From Candidatus Delongbacteria bacterium (GTDB lineage Bacteria > CAIWAD01): 64,000 nt of DNA. A model generated the notes under the pieces. That model made no database searches, was not told the DNA's origin, and was given only the letters and a program-made list of their open reading frames with translations. Where the stretch lies: the NCBI GenBank assembly GCA_963663545.1, contig OY760505.1, forward strand, positions 2,880,001 through 2,944,000, read 5' to 3'. The position numbers were made by a program, and so were the translations under genes. This document shows, piece by piece, positions 1 to 15,419 of this stretch. The number at the start of each line of letters is the position of its first letter. Within the stretch, counting starts at the first letter, position 1.

Positions 1-2
1 TG

Positions 3-1562
3 TTGGAAGAAGGCTTGGAGGAAGGGTGGGCCAACCCGGAGGAAGTGGACGAAATCCTTCTGGAGGGCCGACGTGCTTTTCTGCGCCGGGATTACGCCCT
101 TGCCAGCGGAATCTTCGGGCTATTGCTTGAGCCGCTTGCCGAATGTGAAATCTGTCTGGGGCAACACGAAATGCTGGAGGAAGTGCTCAGCGTTGAGATG
201 ATGGATTGTGCGGCCAAATACGTGGTAGCAGAATACATGCTTGCGGAACCGGCGACTCGCGCGGTTCGAGTTCAGGCTGCCATCACTCTTGTGTGTGCCT
301 GTGGAGGCTTCCACTGGCCTCTGATGAGATTGGAGCAAACCGCGATTGAGGAGCTGCCGGACTTTGAAGCCTTTCTGCGGGATTGGCAGATCTTGCTGGA
401 GAGAATGGCAGCTAACCATGAGACAAGCCTGGGAGTCTGTCGGGCTTGGACCTTCGATGGGATTCGCTCCCATGTTGAGGCCGATTTCCCGAAGGTTTTG
501 CAGTGCATATCGGGTGATATGTGCAAAAAAGCTTCGGGAAATCGGACCGACAGGGGCGATGAAGACCGCGAAGCGGTCAAGTCCGACAGACTCCTAGTGG
601 ACGGTGATCTGCAAAACTGGCGACGCGAAGTAGCCCTGCGGCTTGAGGGCATTGCCGGACTGGCGCGCATCTCGCATTCATCAGGGCGCAGCGCCGATTA
701 CCGTGCCTGGTGTCGCGAGCTGCGGCAGCAGCAGGCGTGGGCGCAACTGCTGGAAGCGGCAGACGAGGCTGCACAGCATGTTGAAGAGCAGGATGCCGTT
801 CGGCTCGAATTCATGGAGGAGGCTGCCTTTGCGGCCCAGAAGCTACAGTGTGAGAATTTTCGCGATCGCTTGTGGGCTATCTGGCGTAGTGCGCCCAGCT
901 TCAAGCGATTGCTGCGCGTTCTGGGAGGGGCGAATAATGCGGCGGAGATGGGCACCCTGGCAAAGGAAGCGCTGGCTCTTTGTCCGGTAACTGCGAGCAA
1001 GGAGCGCGCGCTGCTCCATCTGCTTCGGCATGAGATTGAGCCATCAGCCGCTTTGCTCGGCGAAGCTGCAGGACTGGGCTGGTCTGGCGAGGAGCATCCC
1101 GGCTATCTGCTCTTTCACCAGTTCTGTTTAGCGCTGGGATGCGACACTGCGGAGTTATTGCTGCCTGTTGAGCGCGTGCCAGACTGGCGCGAGTTTATTG
1201 CTGATCCAAGCCGTCCGAGCTTTGCAAGAGTTGCGGATGACTTGCCTGTGCCCGAGCCGCAGGAGTTACTGAATCTTACCGGCGGATTCCCCGTGCTTTC
1301 GGATGAGGAGAGGCCCGCTATACTGCATGCGATGAGTCAGGCGGCAGAGAGACGTCTTGCTGAAGTTGCCAGCAGAAAGTACCGGCGACTATACGCGCAG
1401 GCGGCAACATTGGCGACACTTTGCGTGCAGCTGGATCCATCTGCTGAGAGCGCAGAGTGGTTGTTGACGCTTCGCCAGCGCTATCGCCGATTCTCAGCTT
1501 TGCAGGCTGAGTTTGATGCACTGACTGGGCGGGCTCTACTTGGCAGCTCTGTTTCCGGCTGA
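3..1562 (+). CDS. Hypothetical helical protein, probably 5'-truncated at the window edge; carries an in-frame MITE
   Basis: 519-aa ORF with alpha-helical composition and no recognisable catalytic motif. Confidence 0.7.
   Translation: MEEGLEEGWANPEEVDEILLEGRRAFLRRDYALASGIFGLLLEPLAECEICLGQHEMLEEVLSVEMMDCAAKYVVAEYMLAEPATRAVRVQAAITLVCACGGFHWPLMRLEQTAIEELPDFEAFLRDWQILLERMAANHETSLGVCRAWTFDGIRSHVEADFPKVLQCISGDMCKKASGNRTDRGDEDREAVKSDRLLVDGDLQNWRREVALRLEGIAGLARISHSSGRSADYRAWCRELRQQQAWAQLLEAADEAAQHVEEQDAVRLEFMEEAAFAAQKLQCENFRDRLWAIWRSAPSFKRLLRVLGGANNAAEMGTLAKEALALCPVTASKERALLHLLRHEIEPSAALLGEAAGLGWSGEEHPGYLLFHQFCLALGCDTAELLLPVERVPDWREFIADPSRPSFARVADDLPVPEPQELLNLTGGFPVLSDEERPAILHAMSQAAERRLAEVASRKYRRLYAQAATLATLCVQLDPSAESAEWLLTLRQRYRRFSALQAEFDALTGRALLGSSVSG
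429..597. mobile_element. MITE-like palindromic element inserted in frame
   Basis: Ends CTGG-GAGTCTGTCGGGCTT ... AAGTCCGACAGACTC-CTAG; internal palindrome CCGATTTCCCGAAG (481-494) / CTTCGGGAAATCGG (532-545). Confidence 0.8.
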
Positions 1563-1669
1563 CGCTTCTCGGGCCGTAGGCCCGGATCATCTGGCGCGCA
1601 GAGCATCGTATTGGGCGCTGGCTGGATGTATGCGTGGTTGTAAGCTCTACGTGACACAAACGTTGAAAC

Positions 1670-1713
1670 GGTGCCAGACAGGGGTCAGACACGTGCCAGA
1701 CCGGTGTCAGACC
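1670..1713. repeat. Four tandem 11-bp units
   Basis: GGTGCCAGACA, GGGGTCAGACA, CGTGCCAGACC, GGTGTCAGACC. Confidence 0.7.
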
Positions 1714-1780
1714 CTTTGGCCCGAAAAGCCAGCTTATCCGGAGAAAATCAAGAAAATCCGGGCGTTCAAGCTGAGCTCCC

Positions 1781-1808
1781 TTGACTCTGCGGAGGAAAAG
1801 GCTATATT
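1781..1808 (+). promoter_or_regulatory. sigma70-type promoter of the tRNA-tuf operon
   Basis: TTGACT-16 nt-TATATT about 65 nt upstream of tRNA-Tyr. Confidence 0.55.
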
Positions 1809-1873
1809 TCCTGTTCTTTCGCCTAAACGAAACCCAATCGGGCATCATCCAGGGCGAATTTGCTTTGACAGTT

Positions 1874-1956
1874 GGTAGGGTGCCCGAGTGGTTAAAGGGA
1901 GCAGACTGTAAATCTGCCGGCGGATGCCTACGTAGGTTCGAATCCTACCCCTACCA
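1874..1956 (+). tRNA. tRNA-Tyr(GTA)
   Basis: GGTAGGG/CCCTACC acceptor stem, CTGTAAA anticodon loop, long variable arm, GGTTCGAATCC T arm. Confidence 0.97.
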
Positions 1957-1968
1957 TTTGAAACGCTC

Positions 1969-2041
1969 GCGGGAGTAGCTCATTTGGTAGAGCATCAGCC
2001 TTCCAAGCTGAGGGTAGCGAGTTCGAGCCTCGTCTCCCGCT
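1969..2041 (+). tRNA. tRNA-Gly(TCC)
   Basis: GCGGGAG/CTCCCGC acceptor stem, CTTCCAA anticodon loop, GTTCGAG T loop. Confidence 0.97.
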
Positions 2042-2059
2042 TCCGTGATTTTCCTGATT

Positions 2060-2132
<73 letters not shown>

Positions 2133-2136
2133 TTTG

Positions 2137-2166
2137 GAAGGATCCGCCGATTGGTGGATTTTTTTT
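2137..2166 (+). terminator. Hairpin plus T-run between the tRNAs and tuf (possible partial terminator)
   Basis: ATCCGCC-GATT-GGTGGAT followed by a T-run. Confidence 0.55.
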
Positions 2167-2218
2167 ACCAAGAGGCGGTCGAGTAGGTGTTCGACTGACT
2201 GCAAGAACGGAGAAGGCA

Positions 2219-3412
<1,194 letters not shown>

Positions 3413-3422
3413 CCTGATTCGT

Positions 3423-3458
3423 GAGACGGGGTCCTGGCGGCTCCGTCTCCTTCTTTTT
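3423..3458 (+). terminator. Intrinsic terminator after tuf
   Basis: GAGACGGGG...CTCCGTCTC stem plus T-rich tail. Confidence 0.65.
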
Positions 3459-3493
3459 CCGCCGCGGTGTTTCGCGGCATGAGGAGTTTCCCG

Positions 3494-3643
3494 ATGCGTG
3501 ACATCGTGATTCTGGCCTGCCCGGATTGTAAGCGACGCAACTACAACACGACGAAGAACCGTCGCAAGCATACTGGCCGGGTTGAATTCAAGAAGTTCTG
3601 TCCCTCGTGCAACAAGCATACCTTGCACAAGGAAACGAAGTAG
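3494..3643 (+). CDS. rpmG: 50S ribosomal protein L33, zinc-binding form (absent from the ORF track)
   Basis: [58 protein letters not shown]; canonical position. Confidence 0.97.
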   Translation: MRDIVILACPDCKRRNYNTTKNRRKHTGRVEFKKFCPSCNKHTLHKETK

Positions 3644-3655
3644 CGCTTTGCAAAC

Positions 3656-3729
3656 AGGCCAGTAGCTCGAATTGGTAGAGCGGCGGACTCCAAATCCGTA
3701 GGTTGGGGGTTCGAGTCCCTCCTGGCCTG
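3656..3729 (+). tRNA. tRNA-Trp(CCA)
   Basis: AGGCCAG/CTGGCCT acceptor stem, CTCCAAA anticodon loop; lies before secE. Confidence 0.96.
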
Positions 3730-3753
3730 TTTTCATTTATTCGGCGGTGTGTC

Positions 3754-3933
3754 ATGAACAAGCTGACGTTGTATCTGAGTGAAGTTCGCGAAGAGATGAG
3801 CAAGGTCCATTGGCCGGCCTGGCCTCAGCTCACCGAGCACACTTGGGTTGTGATCGTGATTTCCGTGATTCTGGCATTCACGATCTGGATTTTCGACCGT
3901 CTGCTGATGTGGCTGCTGGATTTCATTCTGTAG
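3754..3933 (+). CDS. secE: Preprotein translocase subunit SecE
   Basis: EVREEMSKVHWP motif plus one TM helix; position before nusG. Confidence 0.95.
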   Translation: MNKLTLYLSEVREEMSKVHWPAWPQLTEHTWVVIVISVILAFTIWIFDRLLMWLLDFIL

Positions 3934-3941
3934 GACGCCCC

Positions 3942-4514
3942 ATGAGCGAGTCTTCACAGCCGATCCAATCCGAAGCCCCACAGGGCGAGCGCAAGTGGTA
4001 CGCCATCCAGGTCTACACAGGCCAGGAGGAGAAGGTCAAGCGCTACGTACTAGAAGAGGCGCGTCGGACCGGTCTTGCTGAGGAAATTACGGACGTTCAC
4101 ATCCCCACCGAAAAGCGTGTGGAGATGCGTGCGGGTAAGAAGAAAGTCAAGGAAGTTGTCAACTTCCCTGGCTACATGTTCGTCGAGATGGTGCTGAGTC
4201 TGCGTACGAAGCACTTCATCCAGAATGCTCCCAGCGTGCTCTATTTCGTCGGTCCCAACAATGAGCCCCATCCCCTTTCTGAGGCGGATGTGAAGCGCAT
4301 CATTGGTCGCATGGGCGAGAACGACGAACCGCAGTACGAGCACCGCTTCAAGGTCGGTGACACGGTCAAGGTAATCGACGGCCCCTTCAATGAGTTCACC
4401 GGTGTTCTGCAGGAGATCGATGACGGAAAGAAGAGGCTCAAGGTAATGGTGTCGATCTTCGGTCGATCCACGCCTGTCGAGCTTGGCTTTGGCCAAGTGG
4501 AGCCCATCGAGTAG
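3942..4514 (+). CDS. nusG: Transcription termination/antitermination factor NusG
   Basis: KWYAIQV, FPGYMFVEM, KOW motif, IFGRSTPVEL. Confidence 0.98.
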   Translation: MSESSQPIQSEAPQGERKWYAIQVYTGQEEKVKRYVLEEARRTGLAEEITDVHIPTEKRVEMRAGKKKVKEVVNFPGYMFVEMVLSLRTKHFIQNAPSVLYFVGPNNEPHPLSEADVKRIIGRMGENDEPQYEHRFKVGDTVKVIDGPFNEFTGVLQEIDDGKKRLKVMVSIFGRSTPVELGFGQVEPIE

Positions 4515-4651
4515 TTTCACGGCTGCGCTCATCGCGTGGCCGTTTTCCAGTAGAGATGCGCTGCCTTCGAGCAGCAAAAGCCCGCACAGGGCTTTAGGTT
4601 TGCTAGTCGGTAGTGGAAGTCTGCCAAGCGGCAGTAGAACGAGGAACGATC

Positions 4652-5074
4652 ATGAAGAAGGTCGTCGGATACATCAAGCTTCAGTTGCCCGCCGGTGCTG
4701 CGACACCCGCTCCTCCCATTGGTCCCGCCTTGGGTCAGCATGGTGTGCAGATCATGGATTTCTGCAAGCAGTACAATGCGCGTACACAGGATCAGCGCGG
4801 AATGATCATCCCGGTGGTGATCACGGTTTATGCCGACCGCTCCTTCACTTTCATCACCAAGACTCCGCCTGCCTCGGCCCTTCTGAAGAAGGCTGCCGGC
4901 GTAGAGAAGGGCTCCGGTGTTCCCAACCGCGAGAAGGTGGGACGTGTGACCATGGCGCAGTGCCGTGAGATCGCCGAGCTCAAGCAGGCTGATTTGAATG
5001 CAAACGACCTCGACATGGGCGCTCGCATTATTGCGGGTACGGCTGTGTCGATGGGTCTTATCGTCGAAGAGTAA
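4652..5074 (+). CDS. rplK: 50S ribosomal protein L11
   Basis: [15 protein letters not shown] motif. Confidence 0.99.
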   Translation: MKKVVGYIKLQLPAGAATPAPPIGPALGQHGVQIMDFCKQYNARTQDQRGMIIPVVITVYADRSFTFITKTPPASALLKKAAGVEKGSGVPNREKVGRVTMAQCREIAELKQADLNANDLDMGARIIAGTAVSMGLIVEE

Positions 5075-5097
5075 CGGTAAACAGCCAAGGCAACGAC

Positions 5098-5802
5098 ATG
5101 AAGAGAAGCAAAAGGTACTCGGCTGCTTTCGCCAAAGTGGACCGTCTGAAGCAGTACGATCTTGAGGAAGCCATTGTGCTCCTTAAGGACTGCTGTTCGG
5201 TGCGCTTCAGCGAGACAGTTGAAGTAACCATGAACCTCGGCGTCGACCCGCGACATGCGGATCAGATCGTGCGAGGGACAGTTTCCCTGCCTCACGGGAC
5301 TGGCAAAAGCGTTCGTGTCCTTGTTCTGGCCAAGCCTGAAAAGCAGAAAGAAGCCGAGGACGCTGGCGCAGATTACGCTGGCCTCGATGAGCTCGTGGAG
5401 AAGATCCAGGGCGGTTGGCTCGACTTCGATTCTGTAATCGCCACACCCGATGTCATGGGCGTGGTGGGTAAGCTTGGCCGGATCCTAGGACCCCGCGGCA
5501 TGATGCCCAACCCCAAGGTGGGAACCGTCACGATGAATGTGGGTGACGCCGTCCGCGAGGTCAAGGCCGGTCGAATTGATTTCCGCGTCGACCGTTATGG
5601 TATCCTGCACGTCGGTGTAGGCAAGGCCGCCTTCAGCACCGAGCAGCTCGTCGAGAACATCGATGAGTTCGTTCGCACGGTCCTGAAGCTCAAGCCCGCC
5701 GGCGCCAAGGGCACTTATGTGCAGCGGATGAGCATCGCCAGCACCATGGGCCCCGGGATCAAGCTGGACAAGGCTCTGGTCTTGGCCAGGATCAAGAACT
5801 AG
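5098..5802 (+). CDS. rplA: 50S ribosomal protein L1
   Basis: [29 protein letters not shown]. Confidence 0.99.
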   Translation: MKRSKRYSAAFAKVDRLKQYDLEEAIVLLKDCCSVRFSETVEVTMNLGVDPRHADQIVRGTVSLPHGTGKSVRVLVLAKPEKQKEAEDAGADYAGLDELVEKIQGGWLDFDSVIATPDVMGVVGKLGRILGPRGMMPNPKVGTVTMNVGDAVREVKAGRIDFRVDRYGILHVGVGKAAFSTEQLVENIDEFVRTVLKLKPAGAKGTYVQRMSIASTMGPGIKLDKALVLARIKN

Positions 5803-5813
5803 GAGGATCCTGA

Positions 5814-6446
5814 ATGCCCACGCCACAAAAAGTACAGATCGTAGCTGATCTCAAGGAGCGGGTGTCCAGGGCCAACATGATTGCCCTGGCCGACTACAGC
5901 GGCCTTAGTGTGGAGCAGATCACGACCCTGCGTCGTCAGCTCCGCGAGGCCGATGCTGAGATGAAGGTTGTCAAGAACAACCTGATTCGCCTGGCTCTGC
6001 AAGAGAGTGCTTGGCCCACTGCCGCCGATGAGCTGCACGGCCCGACGGCCATTGCGATTGGTTATGGTGAAGCCGCTGCCCCTGCCAAGGTGCTGCGTAA
6101 GTTCGCCAAGTCCAATAACAAGGCCAAGCCTGAGGTGAAGAAGATTGGTTTCGAGACCGAGGTCCATGAAGGCACCTTCCTCGAGACTTTGGCGAGCATG
6201 CCGACCCGCGAAGAGGCTCTGGGCATGCTGGCTGGCGTGCTCAACAGCATCATCGCCAGCAGCGCGCGCGTCTTCAACGCCCTTAAGGATAAGATGGAAG
6301 AGCAGGGTGCTCAGACCGCCGGCGATCTGCTGAAAGCGGCGGCCCCCGCGAAGGAAACTCCGGCTGAAGCAGCCCCTGAGGCTGAGACGGCTCCGGAGGG
6401 TGAGGCCGCACCGGCAGAGGATGCCGGCGAGCAGCCCACCGAGTAA
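5814..6446 (+). CDS. rplJ: 50S ribosomal protein L10 with an acidic Ala/Pro/Glu tail
   Basis: [24 protein letters not shown]. Confidence 0.96.
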   Translation: MPTPQKVQIVADLKERVSRANMIALADYSGLSVEQITTLRRQLREADAEMKVVKNNLIRLALQESAWPTAADELHGPTAIAIGYGEAAAPAKVLRKFAKSNNKAKPEVKKIGFETEVHEGTFLETLASMPTREEALGMLAGVLNSIIASSARVFNALKDKMEEQGAQTAGDLLKAAAPAKETPAEAAPEAETAPEGEAAPAEDAGEQPTE

Positions 6447-6483
6447 CGGTCTACGCAAACAAAGCGAATTAGGAGATCATACA

Positions 6484-6858
6484 ATGGCGTTCGATACGGC
6501 TGCCTTCCTCGAGCAGGTCAAGGAAATGACCGTTTCCGACCTCTCCGCCCTTGTCAAGGCGATCGAAGAGGAATTTGATGTGTCCGCCGCCGCTCCGGTG
6601 GCTGTGGTTGCTGGTGGTGGTGATGGTGGCGGCGTTGAAGCTGTCCAGACTGAGTTCGACGTGGTTCTGCAGTCGGCCGGTCAGAAGAAGATCGCTGTCA
6701 TCAAGGTTGTCAAGGAGATCAGCGGCCTTGGACTGAAAGAGTCCAAGGAGTTCGTCGACAACCTGCCCAAGGCCGTCAAGGAGAAAGTCTCCGAGGCCGA
6801 GGCCAACGAGCTCAAGGAAAAGCTCGAGGCCGAGGGTGCGACAGTCGAGATCAAGTAA
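6484..6858 (+). CDS. rplL: 50S ribosomal protein L7/L12
   Basis: [33 protein letters not shown]. Confidence 0.99.
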   Translation: MAFDTAAFLEQVKEMTVSDLSALVKAIEEEFDVSAAAPVAVVAGGGDGGGVEAVQTEFDVVLQSAGQKKIAVIKVVKEISGLGLKESKEFVDNLPKAVKEKVSEAEANELKEKLEAEGATVEIK

Positions 6859-6882
6859 CCTGCGCACATGCGAACATCGGGC

Positions 6883-6920
6883 GCCACACCCCCAAGCGGG
6901 GTGTGGCTTCCATCTATTTT
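6883..6920 (+). terminator. Terminator/attenuator between rplL and rpoB
   Basis: GCCACACCCC/GGGGTGTGGC stem with a short loop, then T-rich sequence. Confidence 0.65.
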
Positions 6921-7108
6921 TCCAGCCTCTGTGACAGGACGGCTGAACGTGCAAGCCGAGTAATGCAGTGAACTGACATCCGTAGCCTGGACCTACCCCG
7001 CGTAACCACGCACACGATGTCGCCTGCCAGTCCCCGAAGGGACGAGTCGTCCACGTTTGGGTCCCCGCCATCAGAATGCGGGCCCGCGTCCCCAGGAGGA
7101 GGTCTTCC

Positions 7109-10100
7109 TTGAAGACAAAAAACACCATCCGCCGCCACTCGTTCGCCAAGATCCGCAAGCTCGTTGAGATGCCCGACCTGCTGGATGTACAGCTGCAAAG
7201 CTTCCGCCGCTTCATCCAGGCCGGCGTCCGCCCCGAGGAGCGGGAGAAGACGGGGTTGAACCACGTCTTTCTCAACATCTTTCCCATCATCGACAACCGC
7301 GAGGAGCACATCCTCGAGTTCTCGCACTACATCATTGAGCCGCCGAAGTACACGGTGGAGGAGTGCAAGGAACGCGGTGTCACCTACTGTGCTCCGCTGA
7401 AGGCTCGTCTGCGCCTTTCGCGTCGCAGCGGTAGCGACGACGGTTTCGGTGAGACCATCGAATCCGACGTCTATCTGGGCAACCTGCCCCTGATGACCGA
7501 CACCGGAACCTTCATCATCAACGGTTCCGAGCGCGTCATCGTCAGCCAGCTGCACCGCAGTCCCGGCGTTTTCTTCGGCGTCAGCTTCCACCAGAACGGT
7601 ACGCCGCTGTATGCCGCGCGCATCATTCCCTTCCGCGGTTCCTGGGTGGAGTTCACCACGGACATCAACGATGTGCTCTATGTGTACATCGATCGTCGCA
7701 AGAAATTCCCCGTCTCCACCTTGCTGCGCGCAGTCGGCTATACCGGCAACCTCGACATCTACAACCTCTTCGGCTTCAACGAAGAAGTGGCTGTCAACGG
7801 CAAGCACATCGATAGCTTCATCGGTCGCCTCCTCATTGAGGACGTGATCGACGAAGAAAGCGGCGAGATCCTCATCGAGAAGGGCAAAGAGCTCAACGAA
7901 GAGACCCTCGCCACTCTGCGCGAGAACAAGATCGCCCGCGTCCATCTGCTGAAGCCCGACGAAGAACGCGGCACTGGCTATGACATCGTCCGCAATACCC
8001 TGGCCAAGGATCCCACCCACAACCAGGAAGAAGCGCTGATGTACATCTATCGGGAGCTGCGCAACGGCGATGCCCCCGATCTGGATACGGCCCGCGGCCT
8101 GATCGAGAAGCTCTTCTTCGACGAGCGTCGCTACGATCTGGGCGCCGTCGGACGCTATCGGATGAATGCCAAGCTGCAGCTGACCGTGCCGATGGAAGTG
8201 ACCATTCTCACCACCGAGGATATCACCCACATCGTTCAGTACGTGCTGGAGCTGCGCGACGGCCAGCGTCCCACCGACGATATCGACCACTTGGGCAATC
8301 GCCGCGTGCGTACCGTGGGCGAGCAGCTTGCCAACCAGTTCTCGGTGGCGCTGACCCGCATGGCCCGCACCATCAAGGAGCGCATGAACCTGCATGACAA
8401 CGAGAAGTTGACGCCGCAGGATCTGATCAACGTGCGCACCATTTCGTCCGTGGTCAACACCTTCTTCGGCACCAACCAGTTGAGCCAGTTTATGGACCAG
8501 GTCAATCCCCTGGCGGAGCTGACTCACAAGCGTCGTCTTTCGGCTCTGGGCCCCGGCGGTCTAACCCGTGAGCGCGCTGGCTTCGAGGTGCGCGACGTCC
8601 ACTACACTCACTATGGACGTCTGTGCCCTATCGAGACCCCTGAAGGTCCGAACATCGGTCTGATCTCCAGCCTCTGCACCTACGCGCGCATTAATGAGCT
8701 GGGCTTTGTGGAGACTCCTTATCGCCGCGTCAAGGATTCGCGCGCGACCAAGGTGATCGAATACCTCAGTGCCGATGACGAAGATCGCTACACCATTGCG
8801 CAGGCCAACACCGAGACCGACGACAAGGGTGCCTTGCCGGAGGACATCATCAAGGCTCGTAACCGCGCCGAGTATCCGGTGGTGATGGCCAATGAGATCG
8901 ACTACATGGATGTGTCACCGGACCAGATCGTCTCGGTGGCCGCCAGCCTGATTCCCTTCCTTGAGCACGACGACGCCAACCGCGCCCTGATGGGCTCCAA
9001 CATGCAGCGCCAGGCGGTTCCGCTGGTGCGCCCGGCGGCTCCCTTCGTGGGAACCGGCATCGAGCGCAAAGCGGCCATCGACAGTCGCAGCGTGCTGGTG
9101 GCCGACGTCAGCGGAACGGTGACCTACGTCAGCGCTGACCGCATCGAGGTGACTCCCGCCACCCGTGCCAGTCGCGAAACCCGTCTGGCCCAGAAGGTGC
9201 GCGTCTACCCGCTGCGCAAGTTCGTGCGTAGCAACCAGGACACCTGCGTCAACCAGAAGCCGCTGGTGGTCGAGGGCGACAAGATCCGCAAGGGCGACAT
9301 CCTCGCTGACGGTTGCAGCACCGAGCGCGGCGACCTGGCCCTGGGCCGCAACGTGCTGGTGGCCTTCATGCCCTGGAATGGCTACAACTTTGAAGACTCC
9401 ATCATCCTCAACGAGCGCATGATGGCCGAGGACGTCTTCACTTCCATCCACATCAAGGAGGAAGTGCTGGAGGTTCGCGAGACCAAGCGCGGTGAAGAGG
9501 AGCTGACCAGCGAGATTCCTAACGTCAGTGAGGAAGCCACCCGTGACCTCGACGAGGATGGAATCATTCGCGTGGGCGCCAAGGTGCGTCCGGGATCCAT
9601 CATCATCGGCAAGGTGACGCCCAAGGGCGAGATGGAGAGCAGCCCCGAAGACAAGCTGTTGAAGGCCATCTTCGGCGACAAGGCTGGCGACGTCAAGGAC
9701 GCTTCCAAGACCGTGGGTCCGGGCGGCGGCGGTGTGATTATCAGCACCCGCCTCTACAGTCGCAAGAAGAAGGATGCCAAGACCAAGCGCGAAGAGAAGA
9801 AGCAGATCGAGCAGGTCGACCTTCAGCTGAAGGAGGATTTGTCGGTACTGCGCAACGCGCTGGAAGAGGATCTTTGCGATCTCCTCGTCGGCCGCAAGGC
9901 GGGCGAGATTCGCGTGGGTTCCACTGGCAAGCTGCAGATCAAGCCCGGCACCAAGATCACCGAGGCGCAGATCCGCAAGTTCGACTTCGACGATCTGAGC
10001 ACCACGATCCAGTGGACGGAAGAAGAGCAGGTGAACCAGGAGATCGAGAACCTGGTGAACAACTACATCGTGCAGAAGGACATTCTGAACACCGATGCTC

Positions 10101-10894
10101 GTAACCTGCGCCACAAGATCGAAGTGGGCGACGAGTTGCCCGCGGGCATCGTCCAGATCGCCAAGGTCTACGTTGCCCAGAAGCGCAAGATCCAGATCGG
10201 CGACAAGATGGCCGGTCGTCACGGTAACAAGGGTGTGGTTGGAAAGATCGTCCCGGCGGAAGATATGCCCTTCCTCGAGGACGGAACGCCGGTTGACATC
10301 GTGCTGAACCCGCTGGGTGTGCCGAGCCGTATGAACCTGGGCCAGATCTTCGAGACGGCGCTGGGTTGGGCGGGTGCCAAGCTGGGCAAGTACTACGCCA
10401 CACCGGTGTTCGACGGCGCTTCGCTGGAAGATGTCGAGAACGAGCTGCGCGAGGCCGGCCTGCCGGTCGAGGGCAAGATTCGCTTGTTCGACGGCAAGAC
10501 CGGTGAGCCCTTCGATCAGCCCGTAACCGTCGGCCAGATCTACATGATCAAGCTCAACCACCTGGTGGATGACAAGCTGCACGCCCGTTCCATCGGCCCG
10601 TACAGTCTGATCACCCAGCAGCCTCTGGGCGGCAAGGCCCAGTTCGGTGGTCAGCGATTTGGTGAGATGGAAGTCTGGGCCTTGGAGGCCTACGGTGCGG
10701 CCAACGTTCTGCAGGAGATCCTGACGGTCAAGTCGGACGACGTGCAGGGACGCGCCAACACCTACGAAGCCATCGTCAAGGGGCTCAACCTGCCCAAGCC
10801 GGGCGTGCCCGAATCCTTCAACGTGCTCATTCACGAGCTGAAGGGTCTGGGACTGGCGATCCCGGAGTTTGCGAAGACCCAGTTCTTCATCTAA
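7109..10894 (+). CDS. rpoB: RNA polymerase beta subunit
   Basis: VIVSQLHRSPG, GDKMAGRHGNKG, GQRFGEMEVWALEAYGA; TTG start after AGGAGG. Confidence 0.99.
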   Translation: MKTKNTIRRHSFAKIRKLVEMPDLLDVQLQSFRRFIQAGVRPEEREKTGLNHVFLNIFPIIDNREEHILEFSHYIIEPPKYTVEECKERGVTYCAPLKARLRLSRRSGSDDGFGETIESDVYLGNLPLMTDTGTFIINGSERVIVSQLHRSPGVFFGVSFHQNGTPLYAARIIPFRGSWVEFTTDINDVLYVYIDRRKKFPVSTLLRAVGYTGNLDIYNLFGFNEEVAVNGKHIDSFIGRLLIEDVIDEESGEILIEKGKELNEETLATLRENKIARVHLLKPDEERGTGYDIVRNTLAKDPTHNQEEALMYIYRELRNGDAPDLDTARGLIEKLFFDERRYDLGAVGRYRMNAKLQLTVPMEVTILTTEDITHIVQYVLELRDGQRPTDDIDHLGNRRVRTVGEQLANQFSVALTRMARTIKERMNLHDNEKLTPQDLINVRTISSVVNTFFGTNQLSQFMDQVNPLAELTHKRRLSALGPGGLTRERAGFEVRDVHYTHYGRLCPIETPEGPNIGLISSLCTYARINELGFVETPYRRVKDSRATKVIEYLSADDEDRYTIAQANTETDDKGALPEDIIKARNRAEYPVVMANEIDYMDVSPDQIVSVAASLIPFLEHDDANRALMGSNMQRQAVPLVRPAAPFVGTGIERKAAIDSRSVLVADVSGTVTYVSADRIEVTPATRASRETRLAQKVRVYPLRKFVRSNQDTCVNQKPLVVEGDKIRKGDILADGCSTERGDLALGRNVLVAFMPWNGYNFEDSIILNERMMAEDVFTSIHIKEEVLEVRETKRGEEELTSEIPNVSEEATRDLDEDGIIRVGAKVRPGSIIIGKVTPKGEMESSPEDKLLKAIFGDKAGDVKDASKTVGPGGGGVIISTRLYSRKKKDAKTKREEKKQIEQVDLQLKEDLSVLRNALEEDLCDLLVGRKAGEIRVGSTGKLQIKPGTKITEAQIRKFDFDDLSTTIQWTEEEQVNQEIENLVNNYIVQKDILNTDARNLRHKIEVGDELPAGIVQIAKVYVAQKRKIQIGDKMAGRHGNKGVVGKIVPAEDMPFLEDGTPVDIVLNPLGVPSRMNLGQIFETALGWAGAKLGKYYATPVFDGASLEDVENELREAGLPVEGKIRLFDGKTGEPFDQPVTVGQIYMIKLNHLVDDKLHARSIGPYSLITQQPLGGKAQFGGQRFGEMEVWALEAYGAANVLQEILTVKSDDVQGRANTYEAIVKGLNLPKPGVPESFNVLIHELKGLGLAIPEFAKTQFFI

Positions 10895-10909
10895 TCGGAG
10901 GGACGAGCA

Positions 10910-15196
<4,287 letters not shown>

Positions 15197-15222
15197 ACCT
15201 CAGCTTCGTGACACAGAACAGC

Positions 15223-15253
15223 AACGGGGGCGAAGTGATTCGTCCCCGTTTTC
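15223..15253 (+). terminator. Intrinsic terminator after rpoC
   Basis: AACGGGGGCGAA...TTCGTCCCCGTT stem plus T-run. Confidence 0.75.
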
Positions 15254-15419
15254 ATTTCAGACGGGCTTTGTTGTCTGCCTTGTGATGAACGCAGCCAGAT
15301 CTCGTGTGCTGATCCCACCGGTTGAGATTGTCCGGCTTTGCTAGCTTTACGCAAGTCAAGCATCGGTATTACACCTTTCGCTTCGGTCGGCTTTACCTAC
15401 GTGAACCATGGATAGGAAC

